Positions 28,064-37,718 of a stretch of 64,000 nucleotides of DNA are shown in pieces. The stretch is taken from assembly GCA_027459785.1 (NCBI GenBank), contig DAIDGU010000056.1, forward strand, positions 40,230 to 104,229. Direction: 5' to 3'. A program made the position numbers and the translations under genes. The notes beneath the pieces were generated by a model that ran no database searches, was not told the DNA's origin, and saw only the letters and a program-made list of their open reading frames with translations. This DNA comes from Ktedonobacteria bacterium. GTDB lineage: Bacteria > Chloroflexota > Ktedonobacteria > Ktedonobacterales > JACDGC01. Within the stretch, counting starts at the first letter, position 1, and each line of letters starts with the position of its first letter.

Positions 28064-28876
28064 TCAGCGGTGCCGGCCCGTGTCGATGACGAAGACCAGT
28101 TCCGTCGGGAAGGCGATGCGCCGGATCGCCCAATCCTGCCCCGCGATTAAGTCGTCGAAATGCGCCTCGTAAAATGTCGGCATGCCTTTGCGCCGCCCGC
28201 CCAGGCTTTGGCTGGGGAACGAGACCACCAGCCAGCGCGCAGGAGTCGCGGTCAGCAGGCGGCGTCCAGCGTCACGGTCCAGTTGTTCCAGACAAGGGAT
28301 CGCTTTCAGTAGAAAAGCGAGGTCCACCGGCTCCGGTGGGATCGCCTGGGTCACGTCGCCGGTCGTCGCCCGGCCTTGCACGCCCGTCAGCGGCAGGAAC
28401 GCGCCGATGAACGCCATCATCTCGGCATAGATGTCGCAGGCGTGGTACCGCGCCGCCGGCGCGAGCGGCAGCCAGGGCAGGGCCAGCGGATGCAGCCCAC
28501 ACGCCAGATCCAGCACCGACGCGATGGGTGGCAGATCGGCGAAGATTGCGGCATAAAAGTCATCCAGAAACGGCAGTCGCTCGCGCATCGAGGCATGGTG
28601 CGCCATGATCGCCCGGCATGCAGGTCGCAAGTCGCCCGCTACGGCGGCTTCCTGCAATTCCGCCAGCCAATGATCATATGGCATCGTTTGCGCCAGAAAC
28701 GCGCCCCCGACCTGATGCAGCCGGTCCTTTGTCGCCTTGATCGCCTCTTTCAGCGTGCGCCGTTTCGCCAGTTCCTCCTGCCCGATACGCCGCACCAGCG
28801 CGGCATCAATACCACGATATTTCGCGCTCGCCCCCACCGCCGCCACCAACTCGTCCAGGTCCATCATCTGTGCCAA
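28064..28876 (-). CDS. 16S rRNA (guanine1405-N7)-methyltransferase, FmrO/ArmA/Rmt/Kgm family (aminoglycoside-resistance type)
   Basis: Colinear with ArmA along the full length: SAKYRGID, KDRLHQVGG, ERLPFLDDFYAAIF, VLDLACGLHPLALPW (ArmA ILDFGCGFNPLALYQW), YHACDI, VDLAFLLKAIPCL, LVVSFPSQSLGGRRKGM. Confidence 0.85.
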   Translation of the reverse strand: MAQMMDLDELVAAVGASAKYRGIDAALVRRIGQEELAKRRTLKEAIKATKDRLHQVGGAFLAQTMPYDHWLAELQEAAVAGDLRPACRAIMAHHASMRERLPFLDDFYAAIFADLPPIASVLDLACGLHPLALPWLPLAPAARYHACDIYAEMMAFIGAFLPLTGVQGRATTGDVTQAIPPEPVDLAFLLKAIPCLEQLDRDAGRRLLTATPARWLVVSFPSQSLGGRRKGMPTFYEAHFDDLIAGQDWAIRRIAFPTELVFVIDTGRHR

Positions 28877-29073
28877 CTACTTTCCTCCGACAACTCCCTG
28901 ATCATGGGGCGGCTCGCAATCACTGTAGGGCAAATACGAAGCTCACCGCCCATACCCTCTGAATTTGGCCCACTCGCTTTCAAAAAAACGTCAAGTCGTT
29001 GCACTTGAAGCGACCTGCCTTTCCGAACTAGTACGACTCTCTACAAAAAAGTAACTTTATTGCTAAACCGCTG

Positions 29074-29152
29074 AAGGGGCAACCCTTCCGAGAGTTCGAA
29101 TCTCTCCCTCTCCGCCCATCCCTCAAGCCCGCTCTCGCAGCGGGTTTTTTAT
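29074..29152 (+). other. Structured element: GNRA-tetraloop hairpin, tRNA T-arm-like hairpin (GAGAG-TTCGAAT-CTCTC) and Rho-independent terminator
   Basis: gaaggg-gcaa-cccttc; gagagttcgaatctctc; gcccgctctcgcagcgggTTTTTT; no matching tRNA 5' half was found. Confidence 0.35.
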
Positions 29153-29191
29153 TGCCGGAAACCATCGGTATGTGGCGCAACACGTGCTTCA

Positions 29192-30616
29192 TCAATGGTC
29201 GTCGCCGGCGATGGTGATCGCCTGCGCCAACGGGTCGTCCACGTGCGCGGCGATCCAGCGCAGCCCCTCGCCGGCCAGGTGCAGCGAGCCGGTGAGGCAG
29301 ATCAGATCGTTGGGGGCGGCGTTGGCACGGGCGAAGGCCAGCGCATCGCCAACATTGGCGAAGGCAACGTTGAGCAGCATGGTTTCCATCGGAAAGTGGC
29401 CCATGATGTAGTTCGACGACATGGCGCGGGGGGACTGCGCCTGCGTGCCGATAACGGCGACGAGCCGGCGACGGTGGGCCAGGATCGCCGCGCGCATACC
29501 CGCGAGATCCTTATCTTGCATCGTGCCGAAGACGAGCAACAGCTTGGCGAAAACAAAAGTCTGTTCCAGACCGTCCAGTAACGCCGCCAGCGAATCGGCG
29601 TTGTGTGCGCCATCCACCACCAGCCAGGGGCGCGACCCGACGGCCTGCATACGCGCCGGCCATAGTGCCGCAGGGAAACCGACCTGGATGCCTGCCGCCG
29701 TCACCGGCACGCCGCGCGCCCGCAGCAGATCGAGCGCGGCCAGCGCGGCGGCGGCATTCTGGCGCTGATGCCGCCCCAACAGCGCGATCTGCACCGGGCG
29801 GTCGCCCGTGGGCGTGTGGATGACGAAGGGTGGCGGCATCAATTGCGCCGGATCGCTGATCGGCGGCGGTAAGGACGTGTCATAAGTATATGTCGCGTCG
29901 CTGCCCTCCGGACCGACACGGGTGAGGGGTACCGCATGGGTAGTGCAAGCATCCTGTATGACGGCCAGTGCGTCTGGTTGTTGCGCGGCGGACACGACGG
30001 CCATGCCGGGCTTGATGATGCCGGCTTTCTCGCCAGCGATGGCCGCGACGGTGTCGCCCAGGATGGCGGTGTGGTCCAGGCTGATCGAAGTGATGACGCC
30101 GACGAGCGGCGCGATGACATTGGTGGGGTCCAGCCGCCCGCCCAGGCCGACCTCGATGACGGCATGCGCCACGCCAGCCCGCGCGAAGGCCAGGAACGCC
30201 AAGGCCGTGCCGATCTCAAACGTGATCAGCCGCGCGGCATCCGTTGGCGTGAGGCGCGCGACGGCAGCCTGGATCTCCGGCACGAGCGCCGCGACTTCGC
30301 CCGCGATGATCGGCTCCCCGTCGATCTGGATGCGCTCGCGGAAGGTGTGCAGGTCCGGCTGGGTATACAGCCCTGTGTGGAGGCCGCTGGCGGTGAGCGC
30401 GGACGCGATCAGCCGCGCCGTCGATCCCTTGCCTTTCGTCCCCGCGATATGCGTCGTCGGGTAGGCGAGCTGTGGATCGCCCAGCGCCGAGAGCAGCGCC
30501 CGCATGCGTCGCAGCCCGCTCGCCGGATCGGGGTCACGGGCGAAGGTGCCGGTGCGCTCGAAATCGGAGAAGCTATAGATATAATCAAGGGCTTGGCGAT
30601 AGGTTATGGCGGCCAT
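29192..30616 (-). CDS. folC: Bifunctional folylpolyglutamate synthase / dihydrofolate synthase
   Basis: 474 aa; Mur-ligase family P-loop IAGTKGKGST and DGAHN motif. Confidence 0.9.
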   Translation of the reverse strand: MAAITYRQALDYIYSFSDFERTGTFARDPDPASGLRRMRALLSALGDPQLAYPTTHIAGTKGKGSTARLIASALTASGLHTGLYTQPDLHTFRERIQIDGEPIIAGEVAALVPEIQAAVARLTPTDAARLITFEIGTALAFLAFARAGVAHAVIEVGLGGRLDPTNVIAPLVGVITSISLDHTAILGDTVAAIAGEKAGIIKPGMAVVSAAQQPDALAVIQDACTTHAVPLTRVGPEGSDATYTYDTSLPPPISDPAQLMPPPFVIHTPTGDRPVQIALLGRHQRQNAAAALAALDLLRARGVPVTAAGIQVGFPAALWPARMQAVGSRPWLVVDGAHNADSLAALLDGLEQTFVFAKLLLVFGTMQDKDLAGMRAAILAHRRRLVAVIGTQAQSPRAMSSNYIMGHFPMETMLLNVAFANVGDALAFARANAAPNDLICLTGSLHLAGEGLRWIAAHVDDPLAQAITIAGDDH

Positions 30617-30931
30617 CAGTTGGTTTCCTCATCTGCGCCCAGGTCGTTGGCGACGGGGCGAGTTGTTCCAGGGCGGCTTGCAGCTCATTATAGATGCTGC
30701 GCGCCAGCACATCCGGCGAGGGCAAATCATCGGCACCTTCTATGCTATCATCCCGCAACTAGAAGATACCAGACTCACTTTATCACGCTTGAGCGGGTCG
30801 TCATAGGTGAAGCGGCAAAAGTGCTTGGCCTTGCTGCGGTCTTGCCGGTTAGCGGGATGACCGCAGGTGAGAGGATTCCTCGCATTGTTTTGGGGATCAG
30901 TTCCACGATATACTGTTCATGCGCATTCTAG

Positions 30932-31954
30932 TTGGAGGAAAGCATGACAGATACAACCGCGAGGCCCTTGGCTGCCTGCCATGTTGCGGAAGGACAACAA
31001 GGCACATGGATCAATTCCTTTCTGCCACGCTACGAACCCTTTTTCTTTCAAGGAGAACAATTGGTCAACCGTTTGCTTAAGGCAGGATTGATTGTCTATA
31101 CGCGGCCTGAATTTCACGCGAGTTTTCCTCAGTTTGCCTTAGCGTATGGATGTACCTACCATCTCTGGGATGTTCCGCAGGATACCTATGTATGGATGGC
31201 TGATGCAACCCAACGGTTATACCTCGATGCGGATCTTTTGCAGGACATCCTGCGAGATCAGGTGCGATTGCACCGAGGTCAGGTGTATGATCACACGTGG
31301 TGTCTCCGCATACAGGACGAGGCAAAAATGTATGGCCTGCAGGAAAGGAGTTGGCAACAGCTTTTTCAGCGGTATCAGGTGTATGATGGGTCAACTCATT
31401 TCATCCTCACTCACGATTTGTGGACCGCTTTACCCCAGGGTGTGCAAGAAGCCTGGATCCTCGCATGGCTCAACGATCAATTAGTGGACGATGCGGTAGT
31501 GCCGATCAATCCGTGTGATGTCCCCGTCCCCGATTCACATCGACCGTTGGTGATGAAGTATAGCGGGCGCTTTGCGGATGCGAGCGGGGCCAATTGTTTT
31601 GCTGCGACGCTGGCGATGGCGATGGGTACGCTTGCCAAAACAGAGCATATCATTCATGTCTGGCTGCACCAGGAACCGTTTCTGCGTTCGCTGCGAGCGG
31701 CGGGGTATCATCCGGTACAGGAGATCCACCACGGAGACACGATCGATGCAATCAAGGCTCTAGATGTCCTGATCTGGGCAAACGGGGACGGCCACATCGT
31801 CCATGCGTCTTTTTGTGTGGCACCTGGATACGTCTTCAATAAAATGGGGCAAAGCTGGGAACAACCGTGGTTGATTCTGCGCATCGAAGATGTCCTCGAT
31901 TACAACCAGGTGATCTCTACAGAAGGAACCTTGATTGTGTATCGAAAGTCGTAA
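30932..31954 (+). CDS. Hypothetical protein with a possible papain/transglutaminase-like Cys-His core; compositionally atypical (~50% GC)
   Basis: GGAGGA SD; C-terminal SGANCFAATLAMAMG ... GDGHIVHA resembles a Cys/His catalytic pair; GC is well below the flanks. Confidence 0.5.
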   Translation: MEESMTDTTARPLAACHVAEGQQGTWINSFLPRYEPFFFQGEQLVNRLLKAGLIVYTRPEFHASFPQFALAYGCTYHLWDVPQDTYVWMADATQRLYLDADLLQDILRDQVRLHRGQVYDHTWCLRIQDEAKMYGLQERSWQQLFQRYQVYDGSTHFILTHDLWTALPQGVQEAWILAWLNDQLVDDAVVPINPCDVPVPDSHRPLVMKYSGRFADASGANCFAATLAMAMGTLAKTEHIIHVWLHQEPFLRSLRAAGYHPVQEIHHGDTIDAIKALDVLIWANGDGHIVHASFCVAPGYVFNKMGQSWEQPWLILRIEDVLDYNQVISTEGTLIVYRKS

Positions 31955-32109
31955 AAAGTGGTGGTAAAGGCTTGCCTTATCGGCTCTTCAGCTCAAACCG
32001 CCACCCCTGTTGCGCTGCGCTGAAATCCTGCCATGCAGCCCCAAAAGAAGGTGGCAGTTCCAAGCTGGGAGGTTTAGCTCCCAGCGGTCATTGCAGCAAC
32101 GGATTATGC

Positions 32110-32262
32110 CCCTTTCGGGTAAAGAGAGTGGCCATCAAGGCCGGACAGACAAGAATGTCTGTCCTCCGGGTGATAGCCCTGGGGCGCTGAAGGTCCAGAT
32201 CAATCAGGACAAGACAGACAGGAATGTCTATCCTCCGGATGATAGAGTGATGACCCGCATAG
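32110..32262. repeat. Repeat family A copy (two hairpin units)
   Basis: tttcgggtaaagagagtggccatcaaggccggacagacaagaatgtctgtcctccgg ... gacagacaggaatgtctatcctccggatgatagagtgatgacccgc. Confidence 0.7.
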
Positions 32263-32266
32263 GATA

Positions 32267-35200
32267 TTACGCCCCGTAATACACGAAGCTGGCCCAGTAG
32301 AGCGGATGGGCGAACGGCTTGTCTTCTGGCAGCGCGAAGTCGGCCAGGGTGAGGTCCGGATCGCGGGCGATGTCGTTGCCGTAATCGCGCGCCAGTTCGG
32401 CCTGCGACATGTTGCGCAGCCAGCGTTGGGCGTTGCGCAATGCCTGGGCCGGCTTCTGGTCCTGTCCCAGATAGAGTTCGGCGAAACGGCGCATCAGCAA
32501 CAGCGTGGCGAGATCGCTTGCGGGCCAGAGGCACGCCGCCACGCCACCCACACCGCCGGCCAGCATCGCCGCCGCCGGGCCGATGCTCTCGTCCGGTGCA
32601 TTGGCCGCCGACATCGCTGACTGCCCCGCGCTCAGCACCAGCACGCGCACGCCGCGCAGCCGCACCGCGCCCGTCAGCACATCCACGATTTTGAGCGCGC
32701 TGCCTTCAGCCAGTTCCAGGTACGATTCAACCGGGCGTTCGGGGTAGTACGCACTGGCACAGGCGAGGTGGATGTAGGCGCGTTCGGCCAGTGCTTTCTG
32801 CACCGCATCGGCATTGGCTTTGCGGCGAATGAGCAGCGTGCAGGACTGGCTGGAACGACTGGCGACCTGCGCGACAGCCTCGGCCTCGTGTTCGGCCCAT
32901 TCCAGCGCCACGCTGGCCGGCTGAGGATTGCCGATGGCGGCGACGCCGGACCGGAGTACCACGGCGGAAGCCGCGCGGGCCAGGCCCAGCCGTTGGGCAG
33001 AGGGCGCGCAGGTCACATCGAAAGCATCCAAAAAAACCGCATCGTCGCGCGTCGCCGGCTCCTCGGCCTCCTCGTCGCGCACGGGAGCCGCCGTGCCGAT
33101 GGGCGCGGCATGCAAAGGTAAAGTCGCCAGGCGTCCGGCGGGGATGAGCGCGACGCTGGTGAGCGTCAGCGCGTGTAGCCGCGCCGCGAGGGGCGCCATC
33201 ACCTGCTGGCCCAGCTCCGCCAACCAGCCGTCCAGGTTGGTCGGACGCGGCAGGTTGCCTAGCTGCGTCTTCACCACCGATTCAGCATCTTCAGCCTGGG
33301 GGGCTAGCTTGTCGATGGCGGCGGTCGTCAGGTCCGGCGCGAAGAGGATGTGATCAGCGCGCAAATCGCCCGCGCCGCCGGGGATGATCAGCGCCAGAGT
33401 TCCCTGCGTGGTCGTGGCCAGGTAGACCAATGCCTGGCCCTTGCCGCCCGCCGCACCCGCGATCTGGCGGAAGCTCAAGGCGGGATGCAGGAAATCCGCG
33501 CGGCTTTTGCGGATGGCGGCGACAGCGGCGTCGAAAGCCGCCTGGGCATTGCGGCGCTCGAAGGCCAGGTCGTCCAGGCTGCGCTGTAAGGTCGAGGGCC
33601 GGTCGTCCTGGCTCAGCCGCAGATTCTCGCTGGTGAGGTCGCCGCCCGCGCTGGTGATGCGCTGCGCGCTTTCATACATTGCCGCCAACTGTGCCTGGGC
33701 GCGCTCGAAGGCCACGCGCGCCGTCACCGGCACGGCCAGCAGCGTCAGGCGGTCGCGCTCCAGCATCTCATCCAGCGCGCGGGCGCGGCCCGCTTCCAGC
33801 CGCTGGGCGGCGTCGCGCGGGCGATTCAGCTTCAGCAGGCAAAAGGCGTCGTGTGCGACCATCTCGCCGTGTTCGCGCAGGCGCGGCGACGGCCCATCCA
33901 TGCCGATGCTCAGCATATAGAGTGTTGCAGAAGCGGCCAGCGCGCTGGCAAACATCTCGTGCGCCTCGGCCCAGCGTCCCAACTCGCAGAACAAAAGGGC
34001 CAGGTTGCGCGCCGTGCGGCGATGTTCGTTCGGGAAGGCGTCGCGCGTGCGAATGCGCAGGGCTTCCTGATAGCAGACGATGGCTTTGTTCTGATTTTCC
34101 GCCTGGTCGCCCACCACCCGTTCGCGGTAGGCGTTGCCAAGGTTGTTGCGCGTGTCGGCCCATTCCAGCGGCGACCGCTCGCGCGTCTGCACCAGCATGG
34201 ATTGCTCGTAATAGGCGATGGCTTGTTCAACATTATCGGCGTGGTTGCCGAAAAGGCGTTCGGTGTAGGCCACGCCCAGATTGTGGCAGATCAAGCCCCA
34301 TTGGTCGGGCGCGTTGGCCTGGGTGAAGTAAGTGAGGGCGGCCTCGAAGCCGGTGATCGCCTGCTCGATATTGCCCATGCGCGTGCCATTGACGCGCTGC
34401 CCATACGCATTGCCCAGGCTGAGCTGATCGGTCGCCCACTCGAAGGGGGCTTTTTCGCGCGTGCGCACGGTCATGGCAGCCTCGAAGGCGGCGATGGCGC
34501 GGTCCAGATTCTCGGCACGCGTGCCGACGCCACGCAGATAATACGCGCTGCCCAGCGCCTCTTGGGTCGCCGCCCACTCGATAGGAGACGTTTCGCGCGT
34601 GCGCACTTCCAGCGCGGCTTGCAGCGCCTCGATGCCCTGTTCCACGTTCAGCGCGTGGTCGCCCAACTCGCGGGCCATAAATGCCAGCCCCAGGTAATGC
34701 TGCGCCAGCGCCCAATCGCTGGGATATTCCAGCTTCGTGAAGATCTGCAATGACGAATCCAGCGCCTCGATGGCTTGCTCGACATTCTGTGTATGGTCGC
34801 CCGTCGGCACACGCGGCAAGATCAAGCCCAGTTCGCGCTGCAACGCCGCCCACAGCAGATCGTCTTGTTCGCGTGACGCCAGGTAGCTCGCCGCTTCGAT
34901 CAAGGCGACGCGCTGCTCCAGGTTGACGGCGGCATCCGGCGCTTCCAACTGCGCCAGCAGGGCATCCAGGTCGGCGGCGGGCGCGGCATGGGGCCAGGGC
35001 ATACGCTCAAAGGCGAAGGCGACGCCCTCGCGCTGCGCGACTTCCAGCGTTTGCAGATAGCGCGCCAGCACTTGCGACGCCGCTGGGCCGACTCGTTCCG
35101 CCACGCGGCTGACGTTGGCGCGCAGCAGCATCAGGGCGGTGTTCGTCAGCAGTTCGGGATGCGCCTCGACGACGGCGCGCGAGGCCTCCCAGTCCGGCGC

Positions 35201-35551
35201 ATTGACGAATTCTTCCAGGGCGCGAGCGACCTCTTCGGGATCGACCGGCGCGCCGGGGGGACGCGGTGGCGCGAATGGACGCGAATTGGGCCGCGCGCCG
35301 GCATACGGCTGATAGACGCCGGCACCGGCCAGGCGCTCGCGGTCGGCGGGGGTCAGGCGCGGCAACTCGGCAGGTTGCGGGGCCGGCACGGCGCGCAACG
35401 GCATGGTGGACGGGCCAGCATCCGGTTCGGTCAGCGGCTGATGATGGCCGCCGATATGGATGACCTCGACTTCGTTCGGCGGCGGCAACATCGGGTGAAC
35501 CGATGGCGGTGGCGAAGGGGGTGTTTGACGACGGCGAAAACGGCGAAACAT
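32267..35551 (-). CDS. TPR-repeat protein with a C-terminal CHAT (caspase-like) domain whose catalytic residues appear degenerate
   Basis: 1094 aa; many TPR-like units (LG.AY, EQAI.A.E.AL); C-terminal CHAT-like block YIHLACASAYYPE...VRVLVLSAGQS, where the consensus would be HLA.HG and LSAC. Confidence 0.75.
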   Translation of the reverse strand: MFRRFRRRQTPPSPPPSVHPMLPPPNEVEVIHIGGHHQPLTEPDAGPSTMPLRAVPAPQPAELPRLTPADRERLAGAGVYQPYAGARPNSRPFAPPRPPGAPVDPEEVARALEEFVNAPDWEASRAVVEAHPELLTNTALMLLRANVSRVAERVGPAASQVLARYLQTLEVAQREGVAFAFERMPWPHAAPAADLDALLAQLEAPDAAVNLEQRVALIEAASYLASREQDDLLWAALQRELGLILPRVPTGDHTQNVEQAIEALDSSLQIFTKLEYPSDWALAQHYLGLAFMARELGDHALNVEQGIEALQAALEVRTRETSPIEWAATQEALGSAYYLRGVGTRAENLDRAIAAFEAAMTVRTREKAPFEWATDQLSLGNAYGQRVNGTRMGNIEQAITGFEAALTYFTQANAPDQWGLICHNLGVAYTERLFGNHADNVEQAIAYYEQSMLVQTRERSPLEWADTRNNLGNAYRERVVGDQAENQNKAIVCYQEALRIRTRDAFPNEHRRTARNLALLFCELGRWAEAHEMFASALAASATLYMLSIGMDGPSPRLREHGEMVAHDAFCLLKLNRPRDAAQRLEAGRARALDEMLERDRLTLLAVPVTARVAFERAQAQLAAMYESAQRITSAGGDLTSENLRLSQDDRPSTLQRSLDDLAFERRNAQAAFDAAVAAIRKSRADFLHPALSFRQIAGAAGGKGQALVYLATTTQGTLALIIPGGAGDLRADHILFAPDLTTAAIDKLAPQAEDAESVVKTQLGNLPRPTNLDGWLAELGQQVMAPLAARLHALTLTSVALIPAGRLATLPLHAAPIGTAAPVRDEEAEEPATRDDAVFLDAFDVTCAPSAQRLGLARAASAVVLRSGVAAIGNPQPASVALEWAEHEAEAVAQVASRSSQSCTLLIRRKANADAVQKALAERAYIHLACASAYYPERPVESYLELAEGSALKIVDVLTGAVRLRGVRVLVLSAGQSAMSAANAPDESIGPAAAMLAGGVGGVAACLWPASDLATLLLMRRFAELYLGQDQKPAQALRNAQRWLRNMSQAELARDYGNDIARDPDLTLADFALPEDKPFAHPLYWASFVYYGA

Positions 35552-35823
35552 ATGGACAGACGGCCTCCTTCAGCCAGGGCGTGATCGGGGATCTGAGACC
35601 TTGGGGGTTCGGCTCTCATTGTAGCATGACGGGCCGGCCCTGGCGAGGGGGAATATTCGCGCGCTGTCACTGTTGGACGACCAGCGAGGTGATCGTGAAC
35701 GCTGCCTTAACCTGTGCGAACTAGAGTTCGGCAGACCCCATCATATCGTAAACGGGTATCGTTGGATCACGGCTCTCTGCCGGTGGCCATACCTGGCCAC
35801 CGGATAAGCACAAGGAGACGGCC

Positions 35824-37308
35824 TTACACCTTGGGGTACGAGACGAAGACCGTCTTGACCTCGCTCCACTCGTCGATGGCGTCGGGGCCGAGTTCGCGGT
35901 GGCCGTTGCCACTGTGCTTGACACCGCCGAAGGGCAGGTGCGGCTCCGCGCCGGTCGTGCCAGCGTTGAGATAGATCAGGCCGGCCTGGATGTCGTGCAT
36001 CGCGCGGAAGGCGTTGCGCATATCTTCGGTGAAGATCGCGCAGGAAAGGCCATATTCCGTGCTGTTGGCGACGGCGATGGCCTGGTCATAGCTATCGACC
36101 GGCAAAACGGCGACGACGGGGCCGAAGATCTCTTCGCGGGCGATGCGCATTTCCGGCGTGACATCGGTGAAGACGGTCGGCTGGAAGAAGGCACCCTGGT
36201 CCAACTCGCCGCCGCGCGCCGGTCCGCCGCCGGTGATGAGCTTCGCGCCCTCGCCTTTGCCGATGTCGATGTAGGCATCCACCGCTTGCACGCGGCCCCG
36301 ATTCACGAGCGGCCCCATGTCCACGGCGGTGTCGAGGCCGTCGCCCAGCTTCTGTTTCTGCGCCAGCGCCACCAGGCGCTCGTTGAAGGCATCCACCACG
36401 GCGCGGTGGACGATGACGCGGCTGGTCGCGGTGCAACGTTGGCCGGTGGTGCCGAAGCCGGCCCAGGCCACAGCGGCGGCGGCTTCGTCCAGGTTGGCAT
36501 CGTCCATCACGATGATGGCATTCTTGCCGCCCAGTTCCAGCGTCACACGGCGCAGATCGCGCCCGCAGATCTCGGCGACGTGCTGGCCTACCTCGGTCGA
36601 ACCGGTCAGCGAGATCATGCTGACGCGCTGGTCGCTGGCCAGGGCATCGCCCAGCGTGCCGCCGGGGCCAGTGATGAGGTTCAGCACGCCGGGCGGTAGG
36701 CCGGCCTCATGCAGGATCTCCACCAGTTTGAGGGAGAGCAGCGGTGTGTCGCTGGCCGGCTTGAGGATGACGGCGTTGCCGGCGACGAGCGCGGGGAAGG
36801 TCTTCCAGGCAGGGATCGCCAGGGGAAAGTTCCAGGGGGTGATGATGCCGACGACGCCCAGCGGCTCGCGCAGCGTCAGGCACATTTTGTCGCGCAGCGC
36901 GGATGGCACCGTGCGGCCCTCGGCCTGCCGCCCAGCGGCGGCGACGAATTTGCCGAAGTCGATGGCGGTCTGAAGATCGCCACGCGCTTCTTTGAGGACT
37001 TTGCCCATCTCGCGCGTCAGCAGCCGCGAGAGTTCCTCGCGGTGCTGTTCCAGCAACAGCGCGGCGCGCAAGATGACTTCGCCGCGTTCCGGCGCGGGAG
37101 TGGCCCGCCAGGCGGGGAAAGCTTTTTGCGCGGCGGTGATGGCGCCATCGAGATCCGCGACGGTGGATCGCTGAAACGCGCCAAGCACTTCGCTTTCGTG
37201 GGCCGGGTTCGTATCCAGGAAGGTGGTGCCGCTGACGGAGTCGCGCCACTCACCCCCGATAAAGTTTTGATAGACGGTCGGGGCGGTCATCGCCGATGCG
37301 CTCGCCAT
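35824..37308 (-). CDS. NAD(P)-dependent aldehyde dehydrogenase
   Basis: ALDH motifs (FIGGEW, the catalytic Cys in the GQRCTA context, ELGGKNA); the start is taken at the internal Met (MASASAMTAPTVYQNF). Confidence 0.85.
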   Translation of the reverse strand: MASASAMTAPTVYQNFIGGEWRDSVSGTTFLDTNPAHESEVLGAFQRSTVADLDGAITAAQKAFPAWRATPAPERGEVILRAALLLEQHREELSRLLTREMGKVLKEARGDLQTAIDFGKFVAAAGRQAEGRTVPSALRDKMCLTLREPLGVVGIITPWNFPLAIPAWKTFPALVAGNAVILKPASDTPLLSLKLVEILHEAGLPPGVLNLITGPGGTLGDALASDQRVSMISLTGSTEVGQHVAEICGRDLRRVTLELGGKNAIIVMDDANLDEAAAAVAWAGFGTTGQRCTATSRVIVHRAVVDAFNERLVALAQKQKLGDGLDTAVDMGPLVNRGRVQAVDAYIDIGKGEGAKLITGGGPARGGELDQGAFFQPTVFTDVTPEMRIAREEIFGPVVAVLPVDSYDQAIAVANSTEYGLSCAIFTEDMRNAFRAMHDIQAGLIYLNAGTTGAEPHLPFGGVKHSGNGHRELGPDAIDEWSEVKTVFVSYPKV

Positions 37309-37718
37309 CGAACAGGCTCCTCGTAACACTACGCGGCGGCGGTGCGCCGTCGCACACGCGGAGCTGGCACCGGGCCGGGGATGTCCCCCCCAGTATATCA
37401 TGTTGCCAAAAGGCGTTTCTGGTGGGGTGGTGGGGAATTTATGGCGGATCGGCAGGACCGACTACTATCAACCCTGCAAGCTGGGCTACATCACGCAGGC
37501 TCGTATCGGCAGTGACGAAGATTGGCGAAGGAAGATTTTGCGCTAGTTGCCTTTCCTCGCAATAAAGCACGCTAGCTAGCTGTACGGCATCATAAGCCCG
37601 CAGCCCAAGAGAAACATACGTTAAGGTCTGCGCAGCTTTTACTTTTTTTTAAGAGTATTATCTTTAAAGTGGGCGGTGTACCGCTGATATGAACCGAAGA
37701 AAGTAAGGAACAAAGCGA

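Noticed and set aside
28880-29150. Possible tmRNA or RNase P RNA upstream of the terminator
   Set aside because: No tag-peptide reading frame (..ANDENYALAA-like) was found, and no RNase P conserved regions (AGGAAAGUCCGGGCUCC) or GGGG...CCCC acceptor pairing. Only the T-arm-like hairpin is retained as a low-confidence structured element.
30620-30790. 57-aa minus-strand uORF (TTG start) overlapping the folC start in another frame (...SIYNELQAALEQLAPSPTTWAQMRKP...)
   Set aside because: No start codon with an SD, no recognisable family, and it overlaps folC out of frame; probably not expressed.
37296-37565. 89-aa plus-strand ORF between the aldehyde dehydrogenase gene and the AT-rich island
   Set aside because: Trp/Arg/Gly-rich with no SD; a likely artefact of GC-rich intergenic sequence.
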